This document shows positions 8,735 to 18,387 of a stretch of DNA of 63,610 bases, in pieces (the first letter of the stretch is position 1; every line of letters begins with the position of its first letter). The DNA comes from Bacilli bacterium. GTDB taxonomy: Bacteria > Bacillota_I > Bacilli_A > RFN20 > CAG-826. The stretch spans positions 1 to 63,610 of the forward strand of contig JAKSUL010000006.1 in assembly GCA_024409055.1 (NCBI GenBank), read 5' to 3'. A model generated the notes under the pieces. It was not told the DNA's origin. It did not search any database and was given only the letters and a program-made list of their open reading frames with translations. Position numbers and translations under genes: made by a program.

Positions 8735-11230
8735 ATGGCCAGCAAGAAAGCGTTATTAAAATTTGGCGCATTCACGGTCACTCTTTTTGCCGCTACTTCT
8801 TGTGGCGCTGCCTCTTCCTCCGAGGTAACTCCTTCTGTTAAAAAAACCGAGGATGCTACTTCCAATAAAGAGATTTGGGGAACTTACGGATCCGAAAAGG
8901 TCGTACAAGATAGAGCCCGCGATTACTACGCTTCCAAAGTTCAAGACGCCAAGATCGATATTTTGACGTGCAAAGGCGAAAGCGAACTTGATCAAATCGT
9001 CATTTCCCCTGTTTCCAAAGTCAATTATTTCAACGCGAGGGTCACTAATCTTATTTCTTCCGATGGTAACGTCATTGGTAAGAACAACATCGAGCTCTTT
9101 GCCGCTAAATACTTAAAAATAGCCAATATCTATGATATTGCCACGAATGAAAGCAAAGGAAACTTCCCGGACGCTTTGATTCCGGTTGAGGCTATCGTTA
9201 GAGAAAAAACCAACTACATCAACGCCGGTTATAACCAAAGCTTTTATGTTAAGGTCACGACTCCTTTGGGACAAAAGCCCGGGGTATATAAAGGCAACCT
9301 TTTCATCCAACTTGATGAAACCGAATATAAGATTGCCGTTACGGTTGACGTCAAAGACTACAAGGTCAACGCCATCACCCACTCCAAGAGCCTTTTCCTC
9401 AACGATTGGCAATTCGATAGCGGCGAAAACGATTCTTCCCAGGACAAATTAGATTCTTATAACGACGCTCTTTTGGACTATAGGCTTTCTCCAGACAAAC
9501 TCATCAGGCAGGAAGACATGTATGGCCACTTCAACAGCGATTTCATTTTCCGTTACACCGAAAAAGCCTATGAGTACATGCAAAACGATAATTGCACCAA
9601 CGTATCCATTCCTTATGAGCCGATTTCAAAAGTTGTTGGAGGAGAGTGGCTCCAGACCATAAACGTCGAGAAATTTAAGGAATTCCTTACCAGCTACTAC
9701 GTTAAATCGATTGCCACGAACTACAACATGTTCGAAAAATCTTCCTTCTACTGCGGCCTCATCGACGAGCCGGATGATAGGCAGATACTGGAACAGACCA
9801 AGCTCGTAGTCGGTGACTTTGAACGTGCTATTTCCGAGGCGGCTGCCGATTTATCCGTTCATGGTTATATAAGCAATCCTCTTCACGAAACTTTGATCGA
9901 AGAAATCAAGAATCTTAAAAACATCGTCACCTGTGCTTATGCTGACGAATATGCTCCCTATATTGAGTGTTGGTGCCCGAAAGCTAACTTCTATAACACA
10001 GAAGAGCAGCGCGCCAATTACGCCAGTCAAAAAGAGAAGTGGTGGTATACGTGTGTTTATCCACGCGCCCCATATCCAACCTATCACATCGAAGACGGTT
10101 TAACTTCCGCCAGAGCTTTATCTTGGATGCAGGCCGAATACGATGTTGTCGGAAACTTATTCTGGGCGACCAACGTATACGCTCGCTATAACGGGACCCA
10201 GTACATCCCGATCGAAGACTATTACCAAGAAGGTTATAGATTTAGCGGTGTCAATGGCGATGGATTCTTGTTCTATCCAGGTGAACCGCTTGGTTACAAT
10301 AAGCCGTTTGGTTCCACGAGGCTTGAATCCATTAAAGACGGTCTCGAGGAATATGAGATTTTCTATAACCTCAAGGAAGTAGCCAAAAATCTCGAGTTAA
10401 AAGATGATGGCATGTTCTCTTTCCTAAACCGCAACTTATATCGTGGAACCAAGGTCATCGGCGGAACTGCCGAAATGGAGGAAAGCCGCAAAGACCTCAT
10501 TGACTTAGCTCTAGCCAATCAAAATGGTTCTTCTTTCCTCATCACCGATTGCGTCTATAACGAGAATCAGGGCCAAGTCGAAATGGAGTTTTACGCCAAT
10601 AACGGAACGAAGATCGATCTTAATGGTGCTCAAATCTCTGAAGGCGCCTCTTATAAGAATGGTCATATTTTCACTGCTATTCAAAAACTCGATAAAGATG
10701 AAAACGTCGCCAATATCTCCGTCTCGTATGGCGGAAAGACCAATACGATAAAACATAACCTTGGCGGCAAGATTTACGCTATATCCGCTAAAGATCTCGT
10801 GAATGGTTTCGCCAAATACGACGCTGAAGTTGCGGCCTCTCTTGTTGAATCCGGCGATGAAGAGCTGGTCAAGATCGACGTCTCCGCCATCAACAACAAG
10901 AGGCAAAGAATTCGTTATACTCCTGACTTTATCAAGAACGTTAACGAAGATACCAAAACGCTCATCATGACATTCAAGAACGAGTCAAGCAAAGACATTC
11001 CTTTGGCTTTGGCCGCTAAGTTTACGAATAAACGTGGTGAGCAATATCTCAGCCAAGGAAATGTTTTGACCGCTAACGGCTATACGACCGTCACGGTTGA
11101 CTTATCAACATTCTCCATGGCCACATCGGGAAACATCGAATATTTGACTTTCACCTTTGGCGAAGATACGGCAGAAGGAAGCAAAGAAGCGGTAACGGCG
11201 TTCCTTAGAAACGTTGTTCTAGCTTATTGA
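8735..11230 (+). CDS. Surface lipoprotein, DUF4091/GH123-like glycoside hydrolase with C-terminal beta-sandwich
   Basis: Start reassigned to ATG 8735 (MASKKALL..ATSC lipobox); motifs FPDALIP, IDEP, WWYTC, NGDGFLFYPG, STRLESIKDGLEEYE. Confidence 0.75.
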   Translation: MASKKALLKFGAFTVTLFAATSCGAASSSEVTPSVKKTEDATSNKEIWGTYGSEKVVQDRARDYYASKVQDAKIDILTCKGESELDQIVISPVSKVNYFNARVTNLISSDGNVIGKNNIELFAAKYLKIANIYDIATNESKGNFPDALIPVEAIVREKTNYINAGYNQSFYVKVTTPLGQKPGVYKGNLFIQLDETEYKIAVTVDVKDYKVNAITHSKSLFLNDWQFDSGENDSSQDKLDSYNDALLDYRLSPDKLIRQEDMYGHFNSDFIFRYTEKAYEYMQNDNCTNVSIPYEPISKVVGGEWLQTINVEKFKEFLTSYYVKSIATNYNMFEKSSFYCGLIDEPDDRQILEQTKLVVGDFERAISEAAADLSVHGYISNPLHETLIEEIKNLKNIVTCAYADEYAPYIECWCPKANFYNTEEQRANYASQKEKWWYTCVYPRAPYPTYHIEDGLTSARALSWMQAEYDVVGNLFWATNVYARYNGTQYIPIEDYYQEGYRFSGVNGDGFLFYPGEPLGYNKPFGSTRLESIKDGLEEYEIFYNLKEVAKNLELKDDGMFSFLNRNLYRGTKVIGGTAEMEESRKDLIDLALANQNGSSFLITDCVYNENQGQVEMEFYANNGTKIDLNGAQISEGASYKNGHIFTAIQKLDKDENVANISVSYGGKTNTIKHNLGGKIYAISAKDLVNGFAKYDAEVAASLVESGDEELVKIDVSAINNKRQRIRYTPDFIKNVNEDTKTLIMTFKNESSKDIPLALAAKFTNKRGEQYLSQGNVLTANGYTTVTVDLSTFSMATSGNIEYLTFTFGEDTAEGSKEAVTAFLRNVVLAY

Positions 11231-11244
11231 GGAGGAATCTAGTT

Positions 11245-12495
11245 ATGAAATTCAGCAAGTTCTTAATGATGGGATTCCTTCCCTTGTTCGCTTTGACCGG
11301 ATGCAACAACACTCCGTCCGAAAACAAAGACGAGACGATGTTCCTTAGTTTTGAGGAGGGCTATAACGACCTTAATAGCGCGGTCCTTATCAATTATTTT
11401 GGAAAGGCTTCTTTGAATACCGTTCCTGAATTCGTCAAAGAGGGAAAATGCAGCGCTTTGCTTCAACCAACCGGTGTTTATGGCGTTAATAGAAAGCCTT
11501 TGATTTATTTCCCCCTTTCCTCAAACCTATATAACTTCAACAAAGGAGACATCACCAAATACGATTCCGTTTCCTTTGCTATCTATAACGCCAGCGACAG
11601 GAAAATAGAAGGGGCTACCGGATTTGTTTCCGATGTCGTTTCCGTTTATAAGGTTGGAACGACCAAGATAGGTGAGATGACTTTGTTGCCGCGTCAATGG
11701 AATGAGTTCACTTTCACCATCGATCACGCTTATTGCAACCTCTTCTTCAACATCCAAGAAGCTCCGGGCTTGTATTTCGAGTTCGAGAACATGAATGTTA
11801 AGGACCCCTCTTTCGCCCCATCTCTTTATTTGGACGCCGTTTCTTTCAAAAACGCCGCTACCCCTCATGTCATCCATGATGACTTCGTTCTTGAAGAAAA
11901 TGAGATCTGCGATTTTGAGAAGGATTTCCAGCAATATTTCCTCGCCTGCAACAATTACTTCGAAGACGCTTTGAAGTTCAAAATCACCGATGACGTTGAT
12001 GGAATTAAGGCCTCTCACGGCAAAAAATTCCTTTGCATCGATGTAAAGGCCGGGTCTGTTGCGTGGGCCGATTGGTCTTCCACTTTCCTTACCGAAAGAT
12101 ATATGTCGAGAACCAAGATTGCTTCTTTGGATCTCGAGGAAGAAGCTTCCCAGTATCGTTTCGAATACGATATAAGGTTCGTCGGAACTCCAAACTCCGA
12201 TAACAACCGCGTCGTCACGAGGTTCATGACTAGGGGTGAGACGAAATCGACCTTAGTCGTTCCTTGCATCGATGAGAGCAAGCCTTTGGACCAAGAAAAC
12301 ATTGTCGCCCCGGAAAATGAGTGGTGCACGATGGGCTTTACCTTCTGCAAGAACTACACGTTCGCCGGTCAAAACTACTGTTTGGACACCAACTTCACCG
12401 GAGTTAATACCGGCAAGATGGAATTCTCCATTGGTGACCTCGAATATGACTACAAGATTCTTATCGACAACATCAAATTGGTGAAAATAGCGTAA
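11245..12495 (+). CDS. Lipoprotein with two putative carbohydrate-binding (jelly-roll) domains
   Basis: Start ATG 11245 after RBS GAGGAGG; lipobox LTGC; halves begin LSFEE / CDFEK and end LYLDAVSF / ILIDNIKL, a typical CBM-like pattern. Confidence 0.65.
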   Translation: MKFSKFLMMGFLPLFALTGCNNTPSENKDETMFLSFEEGYNDLNSAVLINYFGKASLNTVPEFVKEGKCSALLQPTGVYGVNRKPLIYFPLSSNLYNFNKGDITKYDSVSFAIYNASDRKIEGATGFVSDVVSVYKVGTTKIGEMTLLPRQWNEFTFTIDHAYCNLFFNIQEAPGLYFEFENMNVKDPSFAPSLYLDAVSFKNAATPHVIHDDFVLEENEICDFEKDFQQYFLACNNYFEDALKFKITDDVDGIKASHGKKFLCIDVKAGSVAWADWSSTFLTERYMSRTKIASLDLEEEASQYRFEYDIRFVGTPNSDNNRVVTRFMTRGETKSTLVVPCIDESKPLDQENIVAPENEWCTMGFTFCKNYTFAGQNYCLDTNFTGVNTGKMEFSIGDLEYDYKILIDNIKLVKIA

Positions 12496-12499
12496 CGGT

Positions 12500-13249
12500 A
12501 TGCCTACTATCGAGTGCAAGAATCTATCGTTTGCCTATTATGGCAACAAAGGAAAAGAAGTCGCGCGCGTCCTCAACGGCCTTAACGCGACCTTTGAAAA
12601 TGGGAAAACGACGATTCTCCTCGGCGAATCAGGTTCTGGAAAATCCAGCCTCTTGCATTTGATATCCGGCCTAAACGAAGACTATGAAGGGGATATCCTC
12701 TTCGATGGCGTGGACGCGCATGAACTATCGATCAGAAGAAGGAAACTGAGCTACATAACACAGAAGGTTCTTCTCCTTCCGCATATCACCATCTTCGACA
12801 ACATCGCCTCATCGCTTAAATACGATGACGACATCGATCCAAACGAGATTAAGGTCAGGGTTAGAAATATCGCCAAAGCCTTAAAGATTGAACATTGTTT
12901 ATCTCGTAAGCCAAAACATCTCTCCTATGGTCAGCAACATCGCGTCATGTTGGCCAAGGCTTTCGTCGGTAATCCGGAACTCATCTTACTTGATGAAGCC
13001 TTCACCGGACTTGATGAACCGACAAAAGACGAGCTTCTTAGACTCGTCAAAGAGTGGAAAAAAGAACTCGGCGCCACCCTCATCGTGGTCACTCACGATT
13101 ACAAAGAGGCTCTCTCACTAGGAGACGTCGCTTATGTGCTGGAGGATGGGAAAATCGAAGTCTCCATTCCAAAAGAAGGCATCCGTTCTTCGAATCATCC
13201 AAGCTTAGTTGCTTTAAGGGAAGCCTCCAAGGTGGAAGAAAAGTTATGA
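12500..13249 (+). CDS. Short ABC transporter ATP-binding protein (no TOBE domain; LSYGQ signature)
   Basis: Walker A GESGSGKS, Walker B ILLDEAFTGLD, H-loop VTHD. Confidence 0.88.
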   Translation: MPTIECKNLSFAYYGNKGKEVARVLNGLNATFENGKTTILLGESGSGKSSLLHLISGLNEDYEGDILFDGVDAHELSIRRRKLSYITQKVLLLPHITIFDNIASSLKYDDDIDPNEIKVRVRNIAKALKIEHCLSRKPKHLSYGQQHRVMLAKAFVGNPELILLDEAFTGLDEPTKDELLRLVKEWKKELGATLIVVTHDYKEALSLGDVAYVLEDGKIEVSIPKEGIRSSNHPSLVALREASKVEEKL

Positions 13250-14166
13250 GCGATAAACGTGTTAAACGCAAAATTGCCGAGACCGACTTCCTAGAGGAGA
13301 ACCTCCCCCAAACTAGAAGCGGGCAATTTAAAGACATCCTGAAAATCAATTTTAGGTTATTCCTTGAATTGGGGTTGATCCTTCTTGGTGTCTTCGCCCT
13401 TTTGCTGGCCAAGGTTTATTTCTCTTATTACTTCAATGCGGTGGCCGAGAATTCCTTCAAGCTCGGGCACATCAGCGAAGAAGAGAAAAACAGCATCGTC
13501 TTATGGACGTTCTTAATTAGCGAAGGAGCCAACGTTCTCTTGTATCCGCCCGTCTTCATCGTTTTGGCGGGGGTCCTAAGAATCGTTAGGCAACTCTGCT
13601 ATACCGAAGGAATTATCTTCTCCTACGACTTCAAACAAGGGGTCAAAGATAATTGGGCCAAATTCCTCTTTATCGGCTTGTTCTTCGCGTTGGGACAGTT
13701 CATCGTGGCGCTTGTATATGCGTTTATGGGTATCAGCTTCTTGTCCGCGATCCCTTACGCCTTATCACTGCTACTAGTTGCTCCGACCTTTATTGGGGCT
13801 ACTTACTTCTTCAGCACCTATGAAAACAAATTGGGCAGAGGGTTGTTAAATTCGATGCTCATTCACTTAAGGGCGTCATGGAGATCGCTTCTACTGACCG
13901 CCGTAATAGTGGCACCGGTCATCCTCATCGAACTCTTCCTTGGCATGATAATCGTCAAACTCGTCATCTACTCGGTTCTTATTGTTCTATGTTTGCCGAT
14001 AGTGATATTGGCCGGGTATGAGATGTATCTATACGTTTATGACACAAACGTGAACGTCTATCACTTCCCAGAGGCTATCAGGAGAGGCCTATACATCTCC
14101 GAAAAAGAAAAAGAATCCATCAACCAAAAATTAGAGGAAATCAAAGGAGGGAAAAATGAAAAATAA
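13246..14166 (+). CDS. Multi-pass membrane protein, YesL/DUF624-like
   Basis: Start reassigned to ATG 13246 (ATGA overlap with ATPase stop); about 6 TM helices; YDFKQGVKDNW resembles the DUF624 motif; paralog at 56955. Confidence 0.65.
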   Translation: MSDKRVKRKIAETDFLEENLPQTRSGQFKDILKINFRLFLELGLILLGVFALLLAKVYFSYYFNAVAENSFKLGHISEEEKNSIVLWTFLISEGANVLLYPPVFIVLAGVLRIVRQLCYTEGIIFSYDFKQGVKDNWAKFLFIGLFFALGQFIVALVYAFMGISFLSAIPYALSLLLVAPTFIGATYFFSTYENKLGRGLLNSMLIHLRASWRSLLLTAVIVAPVILIELFLGMIIVKLVIYSVLIVLCLPIVILAGYEMYLYVYDTNVNVYHFPEAIRRGLYISEKEKESINQKLEEIKGGKNEK

Positions 14167-15910
14167 TTCATTGAAGAAACTTATCCTACTCATCCCTAGC
14201 GTTTTTATGGTCACTTTGACCGGGTGCGGAGGGCCCAAAAGCGAAGAGAGCGTTTTTGTTCCCATTACTGGAATCGAGTTCAGAACCGAGGTTTCTAGCG
14301 TATACGTGAATCATGAAACCTATATCACCGGTGTTAGGGTTCTTCCTGAGAACGCTTCTAAAAAAGAACTCGCTTGGTCTGTCGAAGATCAAACCGTTGC
14401 CTCCATTACCGAGGACGGAAGAGTCGAGGGTTTAAAACCTGGCAGTACCAAGCTCATCGCTTCTGCGAAGGATGGGTCCAATGTTAAAAAGGAAGTCGCC
14501 ATCACTGTTAAACCACTAGAAAAGCCAAGCTCTTGGTCTTTGGATACAGCCTATTGCTTTTACTACACTGACTCGTTTGAGCCAAACATCACGATGTACC
14601 CGACTTCGCAATACATTGATAAATCAGTGGATTATGAAGTGGTGGAAGGCGCCGATGTTCTTAAAGTGGAAGACGGCAAAATAGGCGCTTATAAAGCCGG
14701 TACCGGGAAAGTCAAAGTCACTTCCAAAGCAAATCCTGAGCTCGTTGGCGAGATCAACTGCATTGCCGATGGCGACCTTCTTTCTAAATATCGCTACAAG
14801 GAAGTAGCTGGAGAGGCCACGGCTAGCGTGGTCGCCTCATTAGAAGATAGGGTTTCCATTTTGGACTTTAAAGCCACCGTGCAAAAAGGCAATTGGGCGA
14901 TCTGCACTATTGAGTTCGACAAGAAACTCGACAGCAAGGAATTCTCCTTCACGGTCGATTCTAAATCCGTTAGCGGAGCTGAATGGTACTCCGTTCGTTT
15001 GGCCAATGAAGGTGTGATTTATAGTGAAACGGAAATGGGCGCGGAAGGACATGGCGGAAAGCCTTCGACCGATCATTGGACCACCAATGCGTTCGATTTC
15101 TCTTCCTTCGACCGCAAATTCAATCAAATCGTTATTTGTATTAACGGCGATTCTGATTATCAAGAAGGCAAGACGGATCGTTACGCAGAAATGCTTTTCG
15201 ATAATCTTTCTTTCCAGGAATACGTCGATAATCCGACAGCGATTTCTGTTAAAGGCGGAGATGTTTTGCTCCCGCTTAACGAAACTGCTGATATCGAAGT
15301 TGAATTCACCCCGTCCGCTGTTAGAAATCGCGGATTGACCTATAGCGTTAAACCAGGATACGAGGAGATCGTCTCCGTTGAAAACGGAAAGCTTAAAGGC
15401 TTATCGGAAGGCGTTGGTTATGTTGAGGTCGCCTCTAGCGGTGATCCAAACGTGAAAACGGAAGCCAAAGTGATTGTTTCAAGCGAAAAAATGATAGCCC
15501 TTGAGGTTATTGGAAATGACGGAATGAGCATCAATAAATACGCTTCGAAAGAAGGAAGAACAGCCGTTACTTCTCTTTCCGCTCCTTCAACCATCGCCGA
15601 TACCTATCCATCGGTAACATACAAGTTGCCTCAAAAAGCGGCCGCTAAAAACATCAGCATTTCCGTCGACGCTAAGATGATGAGCGGATTGACTTGGTTC
15701 TCGATCACCGCTTGCTCAAATAACGGCACTGCAAGGATTGAAGAGATCGGATGCGGAGACGGAACGCGTGATTGGAAAACGTTTATTTTCAACTATTCGA
15801 GCGAGACGGAAGTCGACTCGATTCGTTTCACCATCAACACTCAAAAAGATGTTCCGGAAACCGAAAAGACGGAAATACTATTCAACAATTTGTCTATAAA
15901 CATTGGTTAA
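14156..15910 (+). CDS. Lipoprotein with Ig-like (Big_2-type) repeats and two CBM-like domains
   Basis: Lipobox LTGC; VLPENASKKELAWSVEDQTVASITEDGRVEGLKPGSTKLIA is Big_2-like and repeated; two beta-sandwich units ending MLFDNLSF and ILFNNLSI. Confidence 0.75.
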   Translation: MKNNSLKKLILLIPSVFMVTLTGCGGPKSEESVFVPITGIEFRTEVSSVYVNHETYITGVRVLPENASKKELAWSVEDQTVASITEDGRVEGLKPGSTKLIASAKDGSNVKKEVAITVKPLEKPSSWSLDTAYCFYYTDSFEPNITMYPTSQYIDKSVDYEVVEGADVLKVEDGKIGAYKAGTGKVKVTSKANPELVGEINCIADGDLLSKYRYKEVAGEATASVVASLEDRVSILDFKATVQKGNWAICTIEFDKKLDSKEFSFTVDSKSVSGAEWYSVRLANEGVIYSETEMGAEGHGGKPSTDHWTTNAFDFSSFDRKFNQIVICINGDSDYQEGKTDRYAEMLFDNLSFQEYVDNPTAISVKGGDVLLPLNETADIEVEFTPSAVRNRGLTYSVKPGYEEIVSVENGKLKGLSEGVGYVEVASSGDPNVKTEAKVIVSSEKMIALEVIGNDGMSINKYASKEGRTAVTSLSAPSTIADTYPSVTYKLPQKAAAKNISISVDAKMMSGLTWFSITACSNNGTARIEEIGCGDGTRDWKTFIFNYSSETEVDSIRFTINTQKDVPETEKTEILFNNLSINIG

Positions 15911-15928
15911 TAGAAAGGAAATAACACA

Positions 15929-18382
15929 ATGGGCAATAAGAAAATTCTGACTGTATCGTCTCTGTTCTTAGCTACGACATTACTAGCGGGCTGCGGTGGA
16001 GGTTCCTCCACCTCTAAACACGTCCATAACTATGGCGATTTAGTTGCTAAGGCCAACGCCACGTGCGAAGAAGACGGCCATGAAGCCTACTATCACTGTG
16101 AAGGCTGTGATACTTTCTTTAACGAAAACAAAGAAGAAATCGCGCCCGAGGATTTAACGATTAAAGCCACAGGCCATAATTGGGCTTTTGTCGCCGGCAA
16201 ACCAGCCTCATGCACCGAAAGCGGATATAAAGATTATTACGATTGCTCGAGGTGTGAAGAGTATGCCGAAACCCAAACTGGAGAGCATAAGTTCGAAGAC
16301 CTTGAAGCCTGGAAAAAAGGCGAAGGCAAAATCGACGCTGGACAACATGAACTTTCCTTTGTTGCAGGGGAAGATTTCACCTGCACGACCCCTGGATATA
16401 GAGGTTATTACGTTTGCTCTGCCTGCCAAGGATATTTCTCCGATGCAGAAGGAAAGAACGCGATTGAGGACCTCGAAGCTTGGAAGCTTGACCCAAATGG
16501 AGGATATCTCCCGGCCGCTCACCATTTAGTGGAACACGAAGCGAAAAATCCAACTGGGTTTAATGATGGTAATACTTATTACTCCCAATGTGAGATGTGT
16601 GAAAAATACTTCTCCGATCACGAATGCGAACATGAAGCCGAAGAAGGAAGCTGGGTTATCCCCGCGACCGGAATGGTGACGTTTGATTCCGCCACCCAAA
16701 TCGAAAATTCGACTTCGAAAGAAGGAGATGCCATCGCCCTTGATAAATATGGCGTTGGATCCGCATCAGGTGCTATCTGCACCCTCGATCCGGCCGGAAC
16801 CCACGAAGACCAAACCTATAACGGTTATCTTATGATGCCGACATTGCATGGTGTCACCGGCCTCACTATTAAAGGAAATGGAAACATTGCCGTTAGAACT
16901 GGTGTTGAAGCTTGGAAATGGGAAACCGTTTGCTATTTCTCGATCTCCAGCGAAAAGCCGATTACTTTGAATCTAGACCCAAATAGAGATAACGCCGTCA
17001 TCATCGCTTCCACCGGTGGACAAGTTTCGCTCAATGAAATAAAGGTTACGTCCGCACTTAAAGACGGAACCGGAACAAGCGATGCCGATTTGCTCCAAAA
17101 TGCCGTTGTTGCCGAAGGGCTCACGACCAATGTTGCGTATGGATATTTCACCGACAAAGACACGAATAACAGCGGATCTGCCCTTCTTATTGGTGCGCAC
17201 TGCAATACCGAGGCTTGGCCGTGCGTCTTCCTCGATTTCCCGAGTGGATTAAATCTTAATGGTGGCAACATTTCTTTCGACGCCAAGGGATTATCCGGAA
17301 GAAAGAGAGTGTCCCTTACTCTCTTCGATGCCGATTTGAACATCATCGCAGGGGAGATTGGATACGATCTTTCCTCTTCTTGGGAAACCTTCACCTACAA
17401 TTGCAGCGCCGCTAAGAAAACCGTTAGGTACATGAGGCTTACGGTGTTCACGACATCTGTTTCTGATGTCCACGAAACCCTTATCGATAACCTTATCGTT
17501 AAAGAAGCTGGATTGGTTACTGAAACTAACGCCCCGGCCTGGTCTTATAGGGCTTTTGATGCCGATCGCAAACTCAGCGAAGCTCAATACATCGATAAGG
17601 CTTTGGCTATCGATTTCAAACCTGAGACCGCTAACGCCGCTTTCGAAATCGACTACATGTCTGATGTAAATAACTATGTTGGCAAGAAGAACTTCGTCAA
17701 AGTTGTTAACGGTGCTATTTTCTCTACATTCGGAACAATCTCGGCCAACGCCGCCGCTGGCGAAGGATGGTACACCCTCACGGTCAGCGAGAAAAACCTC
17801 GAGAGTTATAACCGTTTGAGAAACTCCAGCAACGCCACGACGATTGATGGCATTTATCTCGCCACCGACTACGCCATGACGGGATCTGTTACGTTCAATT
17901 ATCGTTCGCTCCGCGTCGTCGATGACATCGCTCCGACCAGGAACCCGAAAAGATATACAGCCGCGGCCGAAGGCATCACCTTCTGGGGCAATGACGTTCT
18001 CGACGTCGCCTTCGTTAACGACTATAGAGGAACCGAGGGCAATGCCCTTATGATCTCCTTCAAAGTCGAAGGCGCAGTCGGCTCCTGCTTCAGCATGAAT
18101 TTCGCAGATAGCGGAGTTGGTCAGAAGATATTCAAAACCATCATCATCACCGTCACCGAAGATGGACTCACCACCAACTGCGGTGTGCTTAAAAAAGCGG
18201 TGGACGATTATTACAACCTTTATATCAGGACCACTGATGTTGATGCCGCTGCCTTAACTTCTGCAAACGGAAGCAATTACATCAATGTCTTCTGGATGGG
18301 CGGAGATTATTGGACGATCGACGCTGTGTCGTTTGATACGAACGCCTTCAAGATTTATAAAGCCGGTAGCATTGTTTGGTAA
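15929..18382 (+). CDS. Large lipoprotein with four N-terminal His/Cys (CxxC) repeats and CBM-like C-terminal domains
   Basis: Lipobox LAGC; repeats H..TC...G...YY.CxxC; C-terminal about 570 aa paralogous to 19737-22184. Confidence 0.8.
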   Translation: MGNKKILTVSSLFLATTLLAGCGGGSSTSKHVHNYGDLVAKANATCEEDGHEAYYHCEGCDTFFNENKEEIAPEDLTIKATGHNWAFVAGKPASCTESGYKDYYDCSRCEEYAETQTGEHKFEDLEAWKKGEGKIDAGQHELSFVAGEDFTCTTPGYRGYYVCSACQGYFSDAEGKNAIEDLEAWKLDPNGGYLPAAHHLVEHEAKNPTGFNDGNTYYSQCEMCEKYFSDHECEHEAEEGSWVIPATGMVTFDSATQIENSTSKEGDAIALDKYGVGSASGAICTLDPAGTHEDQTYNGYLMMPTLHGVTGLTIKGNGNIAVRTGVEAWKWETVCYFSISSEKPITLNLDPNRDNAVIIASTGGQVSLNEIKVTSALKDGTGTSDADLLQNAVVAEGLTTNVAYGYFTDKDTNNSGSALLIGAHCNTEAWPCVFLDFPSGLNLNGGNISFDAKGLSGRKRVSLTLFDADLNIIAGEIGYDLSSSWETFTYNCSAAKKTVRYMRLTVFTTSVSDVHETLIDNLIVKEAGLVTETNAPAWSYRAFDADRKLSEAQYIDKALAIDFKPETANAAFEIDYMSDVNNYVGKKNFVKVVNGAIFSTFGTISANAAAGEGWYTLTVSEKNLESYNRLRNSSNATTIDGIYLATDYAMTGSVTFNYRSLRVVDDIAPTRNPKRYTAAAEGITFWGNDVLDVAFVNDYRGTEGNALMISFKVEGAVGSCFSMNFADSGVGQKIFKTIIITVTEDGLTTNCGVLKKAVDDYYNLYIRTTDVDAAALTSANGSNYINVFWMGGDYWTIDAVSFDTNAFKIYKAGSIVW
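16019..16672 (+). repeat. Four tandem 50-58 aa His/Cys repeats within lipoprotein
   Basis: ATCEEDGHEAYYHCEGC; ASCTESGYKDYYDCSRC; FTCTTPGYRGYYVCSAC; PTGFNDGNTYYSQCEMC; EDLEAWK repeated in units 2 and 3. Confidence 0.8.
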
Positions 18383-18387
18383 TTTAT

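Noticed and set aside
13054-13245. N-terminal extensions in the ORF track (also 8699, 11227, 26148, 35498, 50303)
   Set aside because: They overlap upstream genes or promoters; downstream ATGs have RBS or coupling and restore plausible N-termini
16019-16672. Multiheme cytochrome interpretation of the CxxC repeats
   Set aside because: The motifs are CxxC followed by D/E/Q, not CxxCH
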